DNA from: Candidatus Omnitrophota bacterium
GTDB lineage: Bacteria > Omnitrophota > Gorgyraeia > Gorgyraeales > Gorgyraeaceae
Assembly (NCBI GenBank): GCA_003485765.1
Contig: DNHS01000051.1
Location: 2,314 to 66,313 of the forward strand
DNA: 64,000 nt
Direction of reading: 5' to 3'
Shown piece after piece: positions 10,301-19,430 of the stretch. The translations under genes were made by a program, and so were the position numbers. Below the pieces are notes generated by a model. The model did no database searches and was not told the origin of the DNA. It saw only the letters and a program-made list of their open reading frames with translations. The number at the start of each line of letters is the position of its first letter. Positions within the stretch are counted from its first letter, which is position 1.

Positions 10301-10549
10301 CTATACGCCTTTTTCAACTTTTGAACGTATTTCTAAAAGCAGAGTTACTACTTCTGCTGTAACAAGAAATATGAAGAAATACACTATTCCTAATAAAAGC
10401 CCTATAAAACCTGTTGCTTTAGGAGCCTCTGGTGTGCCGCCTCCTATGAATATGACAATAGCAGCTACTATCCCTATTGCCAGAGAAGCCCAGGATAAAA
10501 CCTTGAATACTACAGAACTAATTTCTAAAACTTTGTATTTTTTATCCAT
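10301..10549 (-). CDS. Small hypothetical membrane protein (82 aa, two predicted TM helices).
   Basis: It has two hydrophobic helices (LSWASLAIGIVAAIVIFIGG and FIGLLLGIVYFFIFLVTAEVV) and is followed by an intrinsic terminator. The antisense plus-strand ORF 10203-10568 has a junk-like composition. Confidence 0.5.
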   Translation of the reverse strand: MDKKYKVLEISSVVFKVLSWASLAIGIVAAIVIFIGGGTPEAPKATGFIGLLLGIVYFFIFLVTAEVVTLLLEIRSKVEKGV

Positions 10550-10679
10550 TACATCCCCCTTTCTTTAACTTGTTTATTTTAAAATAGTTACGCTATACGA
10601 TACGGTTATTTGACCTTTGCCCTCGCAACGCCATGAAAAAAACAAGAGCTGCTCGGGACAGTTTTTGCTTTGCAAAAAC

Positions 10680-10757
10680 TGGTAGCCCCAACCGGATTTG
10701 AACCGGTGTCTGATGGCTGAGAACCACCTGTCCTAGACCAGGCTAGACGATAGGGCC
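10680..10757 (-). tRNA. tRNA-Glu (anticodon CUC) with encoded CCA.
   Basis: I folded the cloverleaf by hand. The acceptor is GGCCCUA/UGGGGCU, the D-stem GUCU/GGAC, the anticodon stem GGUGG/CCAUC with loop UUCUCAG, and the T-arm ACCGG-UUCAAAU-CCGGU. The discriminator is A, followed by CCA. Confidence 0.7.
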
Positions 10758-10942
10758 TATAGTTCTCCAATCCGCATCAGTACCCGGCCTTTTGCCTATT
10801 CCTAAATTATATTAAAGAACAAATTACAAGATAACCAAATTTACTATAGCGTAGACATCATTTTAATGATTTTTCTGAGTTTGTCAAGCTGAAATTTGAT
10901 TTTGATCTTTGTTTTTGTTATTTAAGAAATCAATAAAAACAT

Positions 10943-10972
10943 TGACATAGTATATCTTATTAGGTATTATTC
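10943..10972 (+). promoter_or_regulatory. Sigma70-like promoter for the FIST/HK/RR operon.
   Basis: TTGACA, a 17-nt spacer and TATTAT lie about 20 nt upstream of the FIST gene start region. Confidence 0.35.
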
Positions 10973-10988
10973 TTGATGAGAACAAAAA

Positions 10989-12176
10989 ATGGCTACTGTT
11001 ATAGGAACTGGTATAAGCACTAAATTAGATTCCTTCGCTTCAGGTAAAGAAGCTGCCTTAAGCGCCTATTATCAAATCGAAAAAAAAGACCCTAGTATAG
11101 TAATTACATTTATATCTACAATATTCAATCAAGAGGCCGTAATAAAAGGTATACGTTCTATAATAAGAGATGCGCCATTAATAGGATGCTCCAGTATAGG
11201 GTCTATTTCTACCTATGGTTCTCACAGAGACTCGGTAGCTGTATTTATAATCAGCTCTGATTCTATTGAATTTTCTTATGGGATAGGCCGCGAGATTAAT
11301 AAGTCTTCGCGTTTAGCAGGGCACAAAGCTAGTAAACAGGCTTCTGACTCAACGCACAGTCCAAAACAGCTTTATATGATGTTTTCTGACAGCCTGTCAG
11401 GAAACAGCGCTGATATTCTAAGAGGCGCGCAGGAAGTGCTGGGAACAAGTTTTCCTATAATAGGCGGCGGCGCGTGCAATAAATCATGCATTGAAAAAAC
11501 ATATCAATATATAAATGGCGATATACATACAAATTCTGTAGTGGGAATTCTATTATCAGGAGACATAAAGTTAGGCATGGGGCAATCCAGCGGATGGCAG
11601 CCTATAGGAAAACCGCATAAAGTCACAAAAGCAAAATCTAATACCATAAAAGAAATAGATAAAAAAATCGCCGTGGAAATATATGAGGATTATTTTGAAA
11701 AATCTGCTGAGAAACTTAGAAATGAAGATATTTGTAAACTAGGTCTTTATTATCCTATTGGCATGCGTTGGATCAATAAAGATAAAGAGTATCTTACGAG
11801 GATCCCTTTAACAATAGAGGAGAACGGAAGCCTTATTTTAAACGGAGATATACAAGAAGATGAGTATATAAGCTTGATGATAGGCGATAAAGATCTTGTT
11901 TTGGAATCTGCAAAAAAGGCTGCGTTAATGGCTATAAGTAATAGCAAAAACGCAAAAATAGAATTCGCCATTATGTTCAGCGGCATAAGCCGGCTATTAT
12001 TACTAAGAAAAGACGCCTACAAAGAAATAGATACTGTGAAAAAAATTATAGGTAAAAATATACCTATCTTGGGATGCTACACGCTAGGAGAATACGCGCC
12101 TTTTAACGCAGAAGAATCTAAAGGCCAGTGTCATTTTAATAACCAGAGTATCTCTATAGCATTATTTTCAGAGTAA
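10989..12176 (+). CDS. FIST-domain sensory protein (FIST_N + FIST_C).
   Basis: It is about 395 aa and soluble. The N-terminal region (GISTKLDSFASGKEAAL ... DPSIVITFIS ... APLIGCSSIGSI) matches FIST patterns. It sits immediately upstream of the histidine kinase in the same operon. Confidence 0.55.
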   Translation: MATVIGTGISTKLDSFASGKEAALSAYYQIEKKDPSIVITFISTIFNQEAVIKGIRSIIRDAPLIGCSSIGSISTYGSHRDSVAVFIISSDSIEFSYGIGREINKSSRLAGHKASKQASDSTHSPKQLYMMFSDSLSGNSADILRGAQEVLGTSFPIIGGGACNKSCIEKTYQYINGDIHTNSVVGILLSGDIKLGMGQSSGWQPIGKPHKVTKAKSNTIKEIDKKIAVEIYEDYFEKSAEKLRNEDICKLGLYYPIGMRWINKDKEYLTRIPLTIEENGSLILNGDIQEDEYISLMIGDKDLVLESAKKAALMAISNSKNAKIEFAIMFSGISRLLLLRKDAYKEIDTVKKIIGKNIPILGCYTLGEYAPFNAEESKGQCHFNNQSISIALFSE

Positions 12177-12178
12177 AT

Positions 12179-13648
12179 ATGGACATATATATAATAATCT
12201 CTGTTTTAATTATTGGCGTTCTTTTTATATTATATTATTTTGAAAGAAATAGGCGTGGAGGGTCTGAAAAACTAAATAAAAGACTACAGGATATAATAGA
12301 CCAGTTGGATAGCCAGGCAAGGATAATCATAAAAACTGACTTGGCGCTTAATAGGGCGCAAGAAGACCTGGACAGGAAAATAACAGGCCTATACACGCTT
12401 CACGAACTTGGCAAAGAGGTAAGTTCCACTTTTAATATAGAAAATATTTTTAGCCTGATAAACCAGCCTTTTGTGCTTAAATTAGGTTTTTCAAAATTAT
12501 TGATTATGTTAAAAGATAATCTCTCAGGAATGCTCGTGACAAAAAGTTCCATAGGTTATTCTGATGCTGAAATAAAAACAATAGAACTAGATCTCAATAA
12601 AAGAAAGTTTGCTAATTTGCTATTTAAAAAAGAAAAACCCATGCTAATCAATAGAGATACTGAAAGCGCGAGCCAGGAATACGCTCTTCTGGATATCTTA
12701 AACACAGAATCTTTTATAACAGCTCCTATTGCAGTAAAAGACGAATCCGTTGGCTTTATACTTATGGGAAACACTTCTCTGTATGGCAAAGTCGTTGAAG
12801 GCGATTCAGAACTTTTGTCCATATTCGCCAACCAGATAGGGGCAGCTATTGAAAATACAAAACTCTACACAGAACTTTTCGGTTCGCATAAGGAACTGGA
12901 AAGAAGGGTTGTAGAACGCACCCAGGAACTCGAAAAATTGAATGAAGAGCTTAAAAATCTCAATAAAATGAAATCTGATTTCATATCTAGCGTATCTCAT
13001 GAACTGCGTACGCCTCTGACATCCATAAAAGGCTATGCCTCGATCCTGATGACAGGTAAACTGGGGGATGTTTTGCCAGCTCAGAAAGAACGGCTGGAAA
13101 AGATAGATAAACACTCCAATAGCCTGGTCCATCTGATAAATAACCTCCTGGATATAGCCAGGATAGAATCTGGGAATGTCCAGATGGAGATGAAAGACAT
13201 CTCTATAAAAGAAATGCTAGATTCAATTGTGGATATAATCATTCCCCAGGTTAAAGAAAAAAATATCTCCTTAAAAATAAATTCTAAAATAAAATTCGAC
13301 AGGATAAAAGTTGACCCGAGCCAAATGGAAAGGGTGTTTTTGAATCTTTTAAGTAACGCTGTAAAATTCACTCCTGAGAAAGGTATGGTAATCATTGAAA
13401 TAAAAGAAAAAAATGATGATATCCAATTCAGCATAGAGGACACAGGCATAGGGATTCCTACTCAGGATATACCAAAAGTATTTCAGGAATTTTTCAGGGC
13501 AGACAATGCCCTGGACCAGAAGATAAAAGGATCCGGGCTTGGCCTATCTCTTGTTAAAAAAATAATAGAGGCTCATAAGGGCAAAATCTGGTTTGATAGC
13601 GAATTAGGCAAAGGCTCAAGATTCACATTTACGCTGCCCAAATATTAA
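12179..13648 (+). CDS. Sensor histidine kinase (TM anchor, GAF domain, HisKA, HATPase_c).
   Basis: It has an N-terminal TM helix, a coiled coil and a GAF-like region. The H-box is SHELRTPLTSIKGY. The N, G1 and G2 boxes are NLLSNAVKFT, DTGIGIP and GSGLGLS. Confidence 0.85.
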   Translation: MDIYIIISVLIIGVLFILYYFERNRRGGSEKLNKRLQDIIDQLDSQARIIIKTDLALNRAQEDLDRKITGLYTLHELGKEVSSTFNIENIFSLINQPFVLKLGFSKLLIMLKDNLSGMLVTKSSIGYSDAEIKTIELDLNKRKFANLLFKKEKPMLINRDTESASQEYALLDILNTESFITAPIAVKDESVGFILMGNTSLYGKVVEGDSELLSIFANQIGAAIENTKLYTELFGSHKELERRVVERTQELEKLNEELKNLNKMKSDFISSVSHELRTPLTSIKGYASILMTGKLGDVLPAQKERLEKIDKHSNSLVHLINNLLDIARIESGNVQMEMKDISIKEMLDSIVDIIIPQVKEKNISLKINSKIKFDRIKVDPSQMERVFLNLLSNAVKFTPEKGMVIIEIKEKNDDIQFSIEDTGIGIPTQDIPKVFQEFFRADNALDQKIKGSGLGLSLVKKIIEAHKGKIWFDSELGKGSRFTFTLPKY

Positions 13649-13662
13649 AGGAGCTGGAGTAT

Positions 13663-14598
13663 ATGCTAAAAGAAAAGATACTAATAGCAGACGATGATCT
13701 GGATATACTGGATGTCATAAAAATAACTCTTGAAACAGAAGGTTATGAAGTTTTAGAGGCTCATGACGGCAAAGAAGCTATTGAGATGATAAAAAAATCC
13801 ACTCCTGACCTTCTTATAATAGACTTTAAAATGCCTAGGATGTGCGGAGATGAGGTATGCAAAATATTAAAACAGGACATACTGATACAGCACATGCCTA
13901 TTATAATGCTTACAGGTAAAGGCGAGGTAACTGATAAGATATATGGCATCAACGCAGGCGCTGACGATTATATGGTGAAACCTTTTGAGCCCCAGGAATT
14001 AGTAGCCAGGGTAAAAATGGTGCTTCGCAGAACAGCCAGGGATCTGGATGCGAATCCGCTTACAAGGCTTCCTGGTAATGTTTCTATAATAAATGAGCTA
14101 CGCATCCGAATAAATAAAAACGAACTTTTTGCAGTGTGCTATGTTGACCTTGATAAATTCAAGGCATTTAATGATAAATACGGATTTGAAAAAGGCGATG
14201 AGGTAATAAAAAATACCGCCAGGATACTGATAGACTCTGTGCAGAAAAAAGGCACGCCTCAGGATTTCATAGGCCATATAGGAGGCGATGATTTTGTAGT
14301 AGTAACAGTTCCTGATAAAGTAGATGAGTTGTGCAAAAAAATCATAGCTGACTTCAGCTCAATGGTTCCTGGGCTATACAATAAAGAAGACCTGAAAAAA
14401 GGCTATATAATAGGGAAAGATCGGCAAAAAAAAATCAGAAAGATCCCTCTTCTTTCAATATCAATAGGAGTTGTAACTAACGAGAAGAATGAAATCAATC
14501 ATGTGGGAGAAATTGGCGAATTAGGCGCTGAACTAAAAGAATACGCCAAAAGCCTTCCTGGAAGCAACTACGTAAAAGAACGAAGAGAGATTAGTTGA
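13663..14598 (+). CDS. Response regulator with REC plus GGDEF domain; the active-site motif reads GGDDF (non-canonical).
   Basis: The REC region is ILIADDDLDILDVIKITLETEGYEV...DLLIIDFKMP. The GGDEF fold is LTRLPGN...CYVDLDKFKAFNDKYGFEKGDEVI...GHIGGDDFVVV. Confidence 0.8.
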   Translation: MLKEKILIADDDLDILDVIKITLETEGYEVLEAHDGKEAIEMIKKSTPDLLIIDFKMPRMCGDEVCKILKQDILIQHMPIIMLTGKGEVTDKIYGINAGADDYMVKPFEPQELVARVKMVLRRTARDLDANPLTRLPGNVSIINELRIRINKNELFAVCYVDLDKFKAFNDKYGFEKGDEVIKNTARILIDSVQKKGTPQDFIGHIGGDDFVVVTVPDKVDELCKKIIADFSSMVPGLYNKEDLKKGYIIGKDRQKKIRKIPLLSISIGVVTNEKNEINHVGEIGELGAELKEYAKSLPGSNYVKERREIS

Positions 14599-14663
14599 AT
14601 ATCCTTCCCTTCACTCAGCATTGTAGGCCCTTCGACTGCTCTTTATTCAATCGCAGTCTCAGG

Positions 14664-14690
14664 ACCAAATTTGCCTTCGGCAAATTTGGT
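14664..14690. other. Perfect 12-bp stem hairpin that includes the encoded CCA end of tRNA-Leu.
   Basis: The sequence is ACCAAATTTGCC-TTCG-GGCAAATTTGGT. No U-tract follows on either strand. Confidence 0.5.
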
Positions 14691-14773
14691 GCGCGGGACA
14701 GGATTTGAACCTGCAAAGGATTGCTCCCAACAGCCCCTCAAACTGTCGTGTCTGCCAATTTCACCACCCGCGC
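14687..14773 (-). tRNA. tRNA-Leu (anticodon GAG), type II with a long variable arm and encoded CCA.
   Basis: The acceptor is GCGCGGG/CCCGCGC, the anticodon stem ACAGU/GCUGU with loop UUGAGGG, the variable arm UGGGAGCAAUCCUUU, and the T-arm GCAGG-UUCAAAU-CCUGU. The discriminator is A, followed by CCA. Confidence 0.8.
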
Positions 14774-14842
14774 GCTAAAATCTAGAGCTATTATATAAAA
14801 CATAGTATTAAATATCAAGCATAATTGACTAAAAGATACGTT

Positions 14843-14884
14843 AAACAACTTTACAAATTGACAATGTCAATTTGTAAAGTTGTT
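14843..14884. repeat. Copy 1 of the roughly 40-bp palindromic element family (AACAACTTTACAAATTGACAATGTCAATTTGTAAAGTTGTT).
   Basis: It is a near-perfect dyad. Related copies are at 32337-32491, 47110-47150, 53082-53123 and 53864-53900. It lies between the 5' side of tRNA-Leu and the 3' end of the acyl-CoA ligase gene. Confidence 0.7.
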
Positions 14885-14907
14885 ATACATTGGGAGAACA
14901 ACTAGAA

Positions 14908-16452
14908 CTATATCTTTTCCCGCAGCTGTCTTTTGAGTATTTTCCCTGTAGATGTCCTAGGAAAAATCTGCTTAAATTCTACAAATTTAGGAATTTTAAA
15001 TAAAGCCAGATTTTTTCTTAGATATTTAATAACCTCTGATCCGCTGAGCGTTTCATTTTCTTTTAAAATAATAAATGCCTTTGGCACCTCTCCTTTAAAT
15101 TTATCAGCTATGCCTATAACTGCCGCTTCTTTAATCTTAGGATGCTTCAGCAAAACCTTTTCTATTTCTACTGGATAAACATTAAAGCCCCGAACATTGA
15201 TCATGTCCTTTTTTCTATCTACAATATAAATATATCCATCTTCATCAAGCTTGGCTATATCTCCTGTATAAAGCCAATTATCTTTTATGACTTCTTTTGT
15301 TTCAGCATCGTTATTAAAATACCCTTTCATTATATTATCTCCCTTAACCAGAAGCTCGCCTACCTCATTACAAGTTAACTGGTTATTCTTATCATCAACT
15401 ATTTTTACTTCTACGCCCTCAATAGGTAAGCCCACTGAACCAGGTTTTCTTATTCCACGCGCTGGATTAAATGATACCACAGGCGAAGCTTCTGTTAATC
15501 CATACCCTTCCACAAGAGGAACTCTGAATTTATTTTCAAAAGCCTTTAAAACCTCTGTTGGTAATGCCGCTGCGCCTGAAATGCAGAGTTTAATAGGATC
15601 TATAAGCTTAAGCACTCTGGAAGTAAACACATGAGGTATCTCCATATGAGCTAAGACATTAAATATGGCAGGTATGCCGATAAATACAGTGATTTTCTTT
15701 TTTATTATATTTCTAATAACCCTGCGAAAAGGCCTTACGTGCTCGATTATAGTAATGCTAGCCCCCACTGCAAGCGGCAGAAGAATACAGACAGTGAAAG
15801 CAAAAGAGTGAAACATAGGCAAGACGCAAATAAAGTTATCTTTTTCAGATACATCTATGCCGGATATACAACTCTTAACATTGGAGAGAAAATTTTTATG
15901 AGTGAGCATTGCGCCTTTAGGGTTACCGGTTGTGCCAGAAGTATAAAGTATAGAGGCGACTTCATCTGGTTTTATCAAAACATCTTCTTTTTTTATAATA
16001 CTCCGCTCTATTATTTCATAAAAATTAAAAGTATTGGGGACTAAGCCATCTATAATAACTGTATATTTCAAATCAGGAGATTTCATCTTCGCTAAGTTTA
16101 TAATATCTAAATTTGCGACTGAGCTTATAATAAGCTTTGCGCCGGAATCCTTTAAAATGAATCCAAGCTCCTCCTCCTTTAGCATATTATTTATAGGCAC
16201 GCAGATTGTCTCTATATTAATAATGGCAAAATAACTGACTATAAATTCCGGGGTATTATGTAAAAATAACGCTACCTTATCTTTCTTTTTAATACCCAGA
16301 TTTTTCAAGCCCTGGCCCAACCTGCTGGCTGTATGGTATAATTCTTTATAACTAATCTTTTTATCTAAAAAAAATAAAGCAGTTTTATCGGGAAATTTAT
16401 CTGCGCTTTTTTCAAACATCATTGTTAAATTTTCAACTAATCTATCTCTCAT
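14908..16452 (-). CDS. AMP-dependent synthetase/ligase (long-chain fatty acid-CoA ligase, FadD-like).
   Basis: The AMP-binding motif is YTSGTTGNPKGAMLTH. The C-terminal end carries GEL, DGYIYIVDRKKDMI and the lysine region. Confidence 0.85.
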   Translation of the reverse strand: MRDRLVENLTMMFEKSADKFPDKTALFFLDKKISYKELYHTASRLGQGLKNLGIKKKDKVALFLHNTPEFIVSYFAIINIETICVPINNMLKEEELGFILKDSGAKLIISSVANLDIINLAKMKSPDLKYTVIIDGLVPNTFNFYEIIERSIIKKEDVLIKPDEVASILYTSGTTGNPKGAMLTHKNFLSNVKSCISGIDVSEKDNFICVLPMFHSFAFTVCILLPLAVGASITIIEHVRPFRRVIRNIIKKKITVFIGIPAIFNVLAHMEIPHVFTSRVLKLIDPIKLCISGAAALPTEVLKAFENKFRVPLVEGYGLTEASPVVSFNPARGIRKPGSVGLPIEGVEVKIVDDKNNQLTCNEVGELLVKGDNIMKGYFNNDAETKEVIKDNWLYTGDIAKLDEDGYIYIVDRKKDMINVRGFNVYPVEIEKVLLKHPKIKEAAVIGIADKFKGEVPKAFIILKENETLSGSEVIKYLRKNLALFKIPKFVEFKQIFPRTSTGKILKRQLREKI

Positions 16453-16460
16453 ATTTTTTT

Positions 16461-16513
16461 ATCCAGACTCTTAAAAAAAATAAGGCCCGGCGTTATACTA
16501 TAGCCGGGCCTTA
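16461..16513 (-). terminator. Rho-independent terminator after cspA; may act bidirectionally.
   Basis: An AAGGCCCGGC...GCCGGGCCTT stem is followed on the minus strand by a T8 run. Confidence 0.6.
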
Positions 16514-16525
16514 TTTGCATCTAAG

Positions 16526-16729
16526 TTATACCTTTACTACGTTTGTTGCCTGAGGTCCCTTGGGCCCCTCTCCGATTTCAAATTCAACTGCCTGTCCTTC
16601 GCTTAAAGATTTGAAACCTTCGCCTTGAATTGCATTGTGGTGAACAAAACAATCTTTGCTTCCATCATCAGGTGTAATAAATCCATAACCTTTTTGGTCG
16701 TTGAACCACTTAACTTTTCCTTTTGCCAT
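16526..16729 (-). CDS. cspA: Cold-shock protein (CspA family).
   Basis: [35 protein letters not shown]... carries the RNP1 and RNP2 motifs. The 150-bp upstream region is typical of a csp 5' UTR. Confidence 0.95.
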   Translation of the reverse strand: MAKGKVKWFNDQKGYGFITPDDGSKDCFVHHNAIQGEGFKSLSEGQAVEFEIGEGPKGPQATNVVKV

Positions 16730-16882
16730 TGTCCGCTACCTCCTTCCAATAAAATTTTAGCAAATAATGGCAGAAAGAAAAACCGCAAGGCGAATTCTAT
16801 TTTACCTTACGGCTATAAACTTCTACTCACCTATTTACTATTGAGTTTAGTATACCTTAGTTCTCTCTAGTTGTCAATAAAA

Positions 16883-19360
16883 TTATATATTAAAATCTAA
16901 TACCCTGTGATCTCTTTTGATGTCTTGTATTGTCGCCGGACTGAGGTCGTCTTCTATAAGGTCCTTACTTTTAGCTATCTCCGCAGCTTCAAGGTGCATT
17001 TCGAGATCTAGGCTGGCATTGCGATTGTGAATTAAAAATCCCGGCATACGATCCAGACCCATGAGTTTTCTGAATTTATTATAAGTTTTGCCAACTACGG
17101 AGCGACTCATAGAAAGCTTACGGCCGATTTCTCTATTTGATAATCCTTGGATCTTATAGCTAAGAATCCTGCTTCCATTTACAATAGTTTTCAGCAACCT
17201 GACATCAGCTTTTTCGACAAGGCCTATTTCATCAGCTATCCCAAAAACATAAAGACATTGCTCGAGTTTAGCAGCGTAACCCTCATCTCTCACAGGATAC
17301 AACCCCAGCTTTTTTATGGCGTTAATGTAATATCTCGCATTAAGAGCCTCGGTGACGCCTTTCTCTAATAACAGTTGAGGCACACGAGCCAATGCTTCTT
17401 TTTCTCTCGGATTGAGCTGAGGCAAGCCTAGAAATCGTCTTAACAAAGCAAAATCAACATTGACCACTCCATTTTCTCTAGCCTGATTTAATTCATCTGA
17501 GCTCGTATAAGTATAGATCAAGGCCCTTTTAAATGCTCTGTAAATATCTTCTTGCCTGTATTTAAAATCTGTCTGTCCACGTAAAGCTCTTGCCCATATG
17601 ACAAAAAAGTACAAGAACATACTGCCCTCTAATTTTCTAACTTCTCCATGCCCTGATTTATAAATAAGAATTTTATCCACGACATTTTCATAGCTATGGT
17701 CTGTTGCGTTATTTCTCCACGCTTCAATTAATCTATCCACGTCCATTCCTACATCAACACTCTTTGCTCCAAATTTAACCGCTTCTGTCAATATCTTTGC
17801 TAACATTGAATTTTCATCCGGGACCTTTCTCTGCCAGAATGTGTCCAATTTGTCGAGCGCAATTAGCATATCAAGTTTTAACATTGCCTCACAAGCGTCA
17901 ATAAGGAGTTTCTGTTCCCTGGCATCGGCCGGATGGTAGAATCCAGGACTTTCGCTTAATTTACCAAATTCTATTTTCTCTGACCATGGCTTGTCGTTCT
18001 GATTAACAACCTTGTCTTTTTCATCTATAATTGTGGCACTGACAGGCTCTCTGTAGAGAAAACGGACCTTAACAGGCAAACCTGCGGCTTCATTGCGTGG
18101 CTCAAAGTATGTTAAATACTTACCAAATATAAACAGGTTTGCTTGCTGACTAAGTCTTGGCCCGAAAAGATAACTATCCGCGGCCCCATCCAATACATCA
18201 AGATTGACTTCAGTCCATAGATAACGGGCATCTTCTTTATCGCCTTCGGCTTGACCTATCCACCTGCCTGTAATATTATCGAAAATAGCATACCTAAATC
18301 CTCCTTCTATTGTCTTTTCATCCAAATCCCTTTCTCGTATAGGATATAATCTAGCCACCTGCCTTCTTACATACCACTGATGCCTCTCTGAAACAGGCCT
18401 TATATCAAGCGTAAGAGGATTCCCCAGATAGTCCATAATGGGGTTGCCTCTATAATCCAGGGTAGGCTTTCCATCTTCATCCACAAATCGCATCCTCGAC
18501 ATATAATAGTCTGCGTGCTTATTTTTCCGCGCAGTTGTCCAATCGAATTCTGCTTCAAATCTTGCCCCTTGCAGCCTTTTGTCTTCAAGCGTAACCCACC
18601 TTTTAGGCATTTTTTGCTTGGGACTAGATATTGTGTTTAGCCCTAAGGACACAGTTCCGTCTTTCTTGCTCACACAGGCCTTCTCTCCTCTTATTAAGAT
18701 CCTGCGCCCTTCAAATCTCATCATCCTGCTCCTGCTTAACCTATTGCAAGAACCTGCAAGCTTTAATTCACCATTGTCTTCGATAACGTATATAAGAAGC
18801 GGCTCTATTATCTTGATTATGCTCTCGTCTTTTACAATCCTAACCTGTGTCACCTGGCCCTGGATAACATCAAACTCTATTTCCAAGCCTTCGTGCTCTC
18901 CTAAATTTAATCTGTGCTCTCCGCCTATATGAAGTTTACTCGATGATGAGAAATGACCTATAGTAACCCTATCTAACTTTAAAAAATCCTCTCCAGATAT
19001 TCCTTTTGCCGGGTCAAAGTAAACAACATCCCCTGTATCCCAGTGATAAATAAAAGCTTCATTACCTCTCCGGCCGATATGTGCGCCAGTGGCAGGGTCT
19101 AGCAACCTGTCATGGGCTATCTGTAAATTATTGGCCGCCTTTTTATCATCCGGAATACCGGCAAGAAATTTCTTCCGCTCACTATCCCTTAAACTTTCTA
19201 ATAATCTCTCCCGGCCATCTTTGTTATTAGAAATAAGCTGAGGCCTCAGATTGGTTTTTTTGGGTAGCTCTATACCATAGCATGTACTTGTAACAGTGAA
19301 TGTTACAAGTACAATTGTTGATATTATCCTGATGATGAAAAGTTTTTTAAAGTTTAACAT
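16883..19360 (-). CDS. Large hypothetical protein (825 aa) with an N-terminal signal/anchor and a C-terminal LuxR/sigma70-region-4-type HTH.
   Basis: The N-terminus MLNFKKLFIIRIISTIVLVTFTVTSTCYG is hydrophobic. The C-terminus LSNREIGRKLSMSRSVVGKTYNKFRKLMGL matches the LuxR-type HTH. I recognised no other domains. Confidence 0.5.
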   Translation of the reverse strand: MLNFKKLFIIRIISTIVLVTFTVTSTCYGIELPKKTNLRPQLISNNKDGRERLLESLRDSERKKFLAGIPDDKKAANNLQIAHDRLLDPATGAHIGRRGNEAFIYHWDTGDVVYFDPAKGISGEDFLKLDRVTIGHFSSSSKLHIGGEHRLNLGEHEGLEIEFDVIQGQVTQVRIVKDESIIKIIEPLLIYVIEDNGELKLAGSCNRLSRSRMMRFEGRRILIRGEKACVSKKDGTVSLGLNTISSPKQKMPKRWVTLEDKRLQGARFEAEFDWTTARKNKHADYYMSRMRFVDEDGKPTLDYRGNPIMDYLGNPLTLDIRPVSERHQWYVRRQVARLYPIRERDLDEKTIEGGFRYAIFDNITGRWIGQAEGDKEDARYLWTEVNLDVLDGAADSYLFGPRLSQQANLFIFGKYLTYFEPRNEAAGLPVKVRFLYREPVSATIIDEKDKVVNQNDKPWSEKIEFGKLSESPGFYHPADAREQKLLIDACEAMLKLDMLIALDKLDTFWQRKVPDENSMLAKILTEAVKFGAKSVDVGMDVDRLIEAWRNNATDHSYENVVDKILIYKSGHGEVRKLEGSMFLYFFVIWARALRGQTDFKYRQEDIYRAFKRALIYTYTSSDELNQARENGVVNVDFALLRRFLGLPQLNPREKEALARVPQLLLEKGVTEALNARYYINAIKKLGLYPVRDEGYAAKLEQCLYVFGIADEIGLVEKADVRLLKTIVNGSRILSYKIQGLSNREIGRKLSMSRSVVGKTYNKFRKLMGLDRMPGFLIHNRNASLDLEMHLEAAEIAKSKDLIEDDLSPATIQDIKRDHRVLDFNI

Positions 19361-19430
19361 AATATAGACAAAAAAATAACCTTTCCAAATAAATTCCCAG
19401 TTTCGGTTATGTATTTAAATTTTGATAAGC

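Noticed and set aside
10203-10568. A 121-aa plus-strand ORF overlaps the small minus-strand membrane-protein gene.
   Set aside because: The minus-strand ORF has two clean TM helices and an intrinsic terminator directly downstream. The plus-strand product has no features.
16603-16870. Two ORFs (16603-16788 minus and 16625-16870 plus) overlap the cspA 5' region.
   Set aside because: They overlap cspA and its long 5' UTR, have no RBS and an odd composition. The region is better explained as the csp leader.
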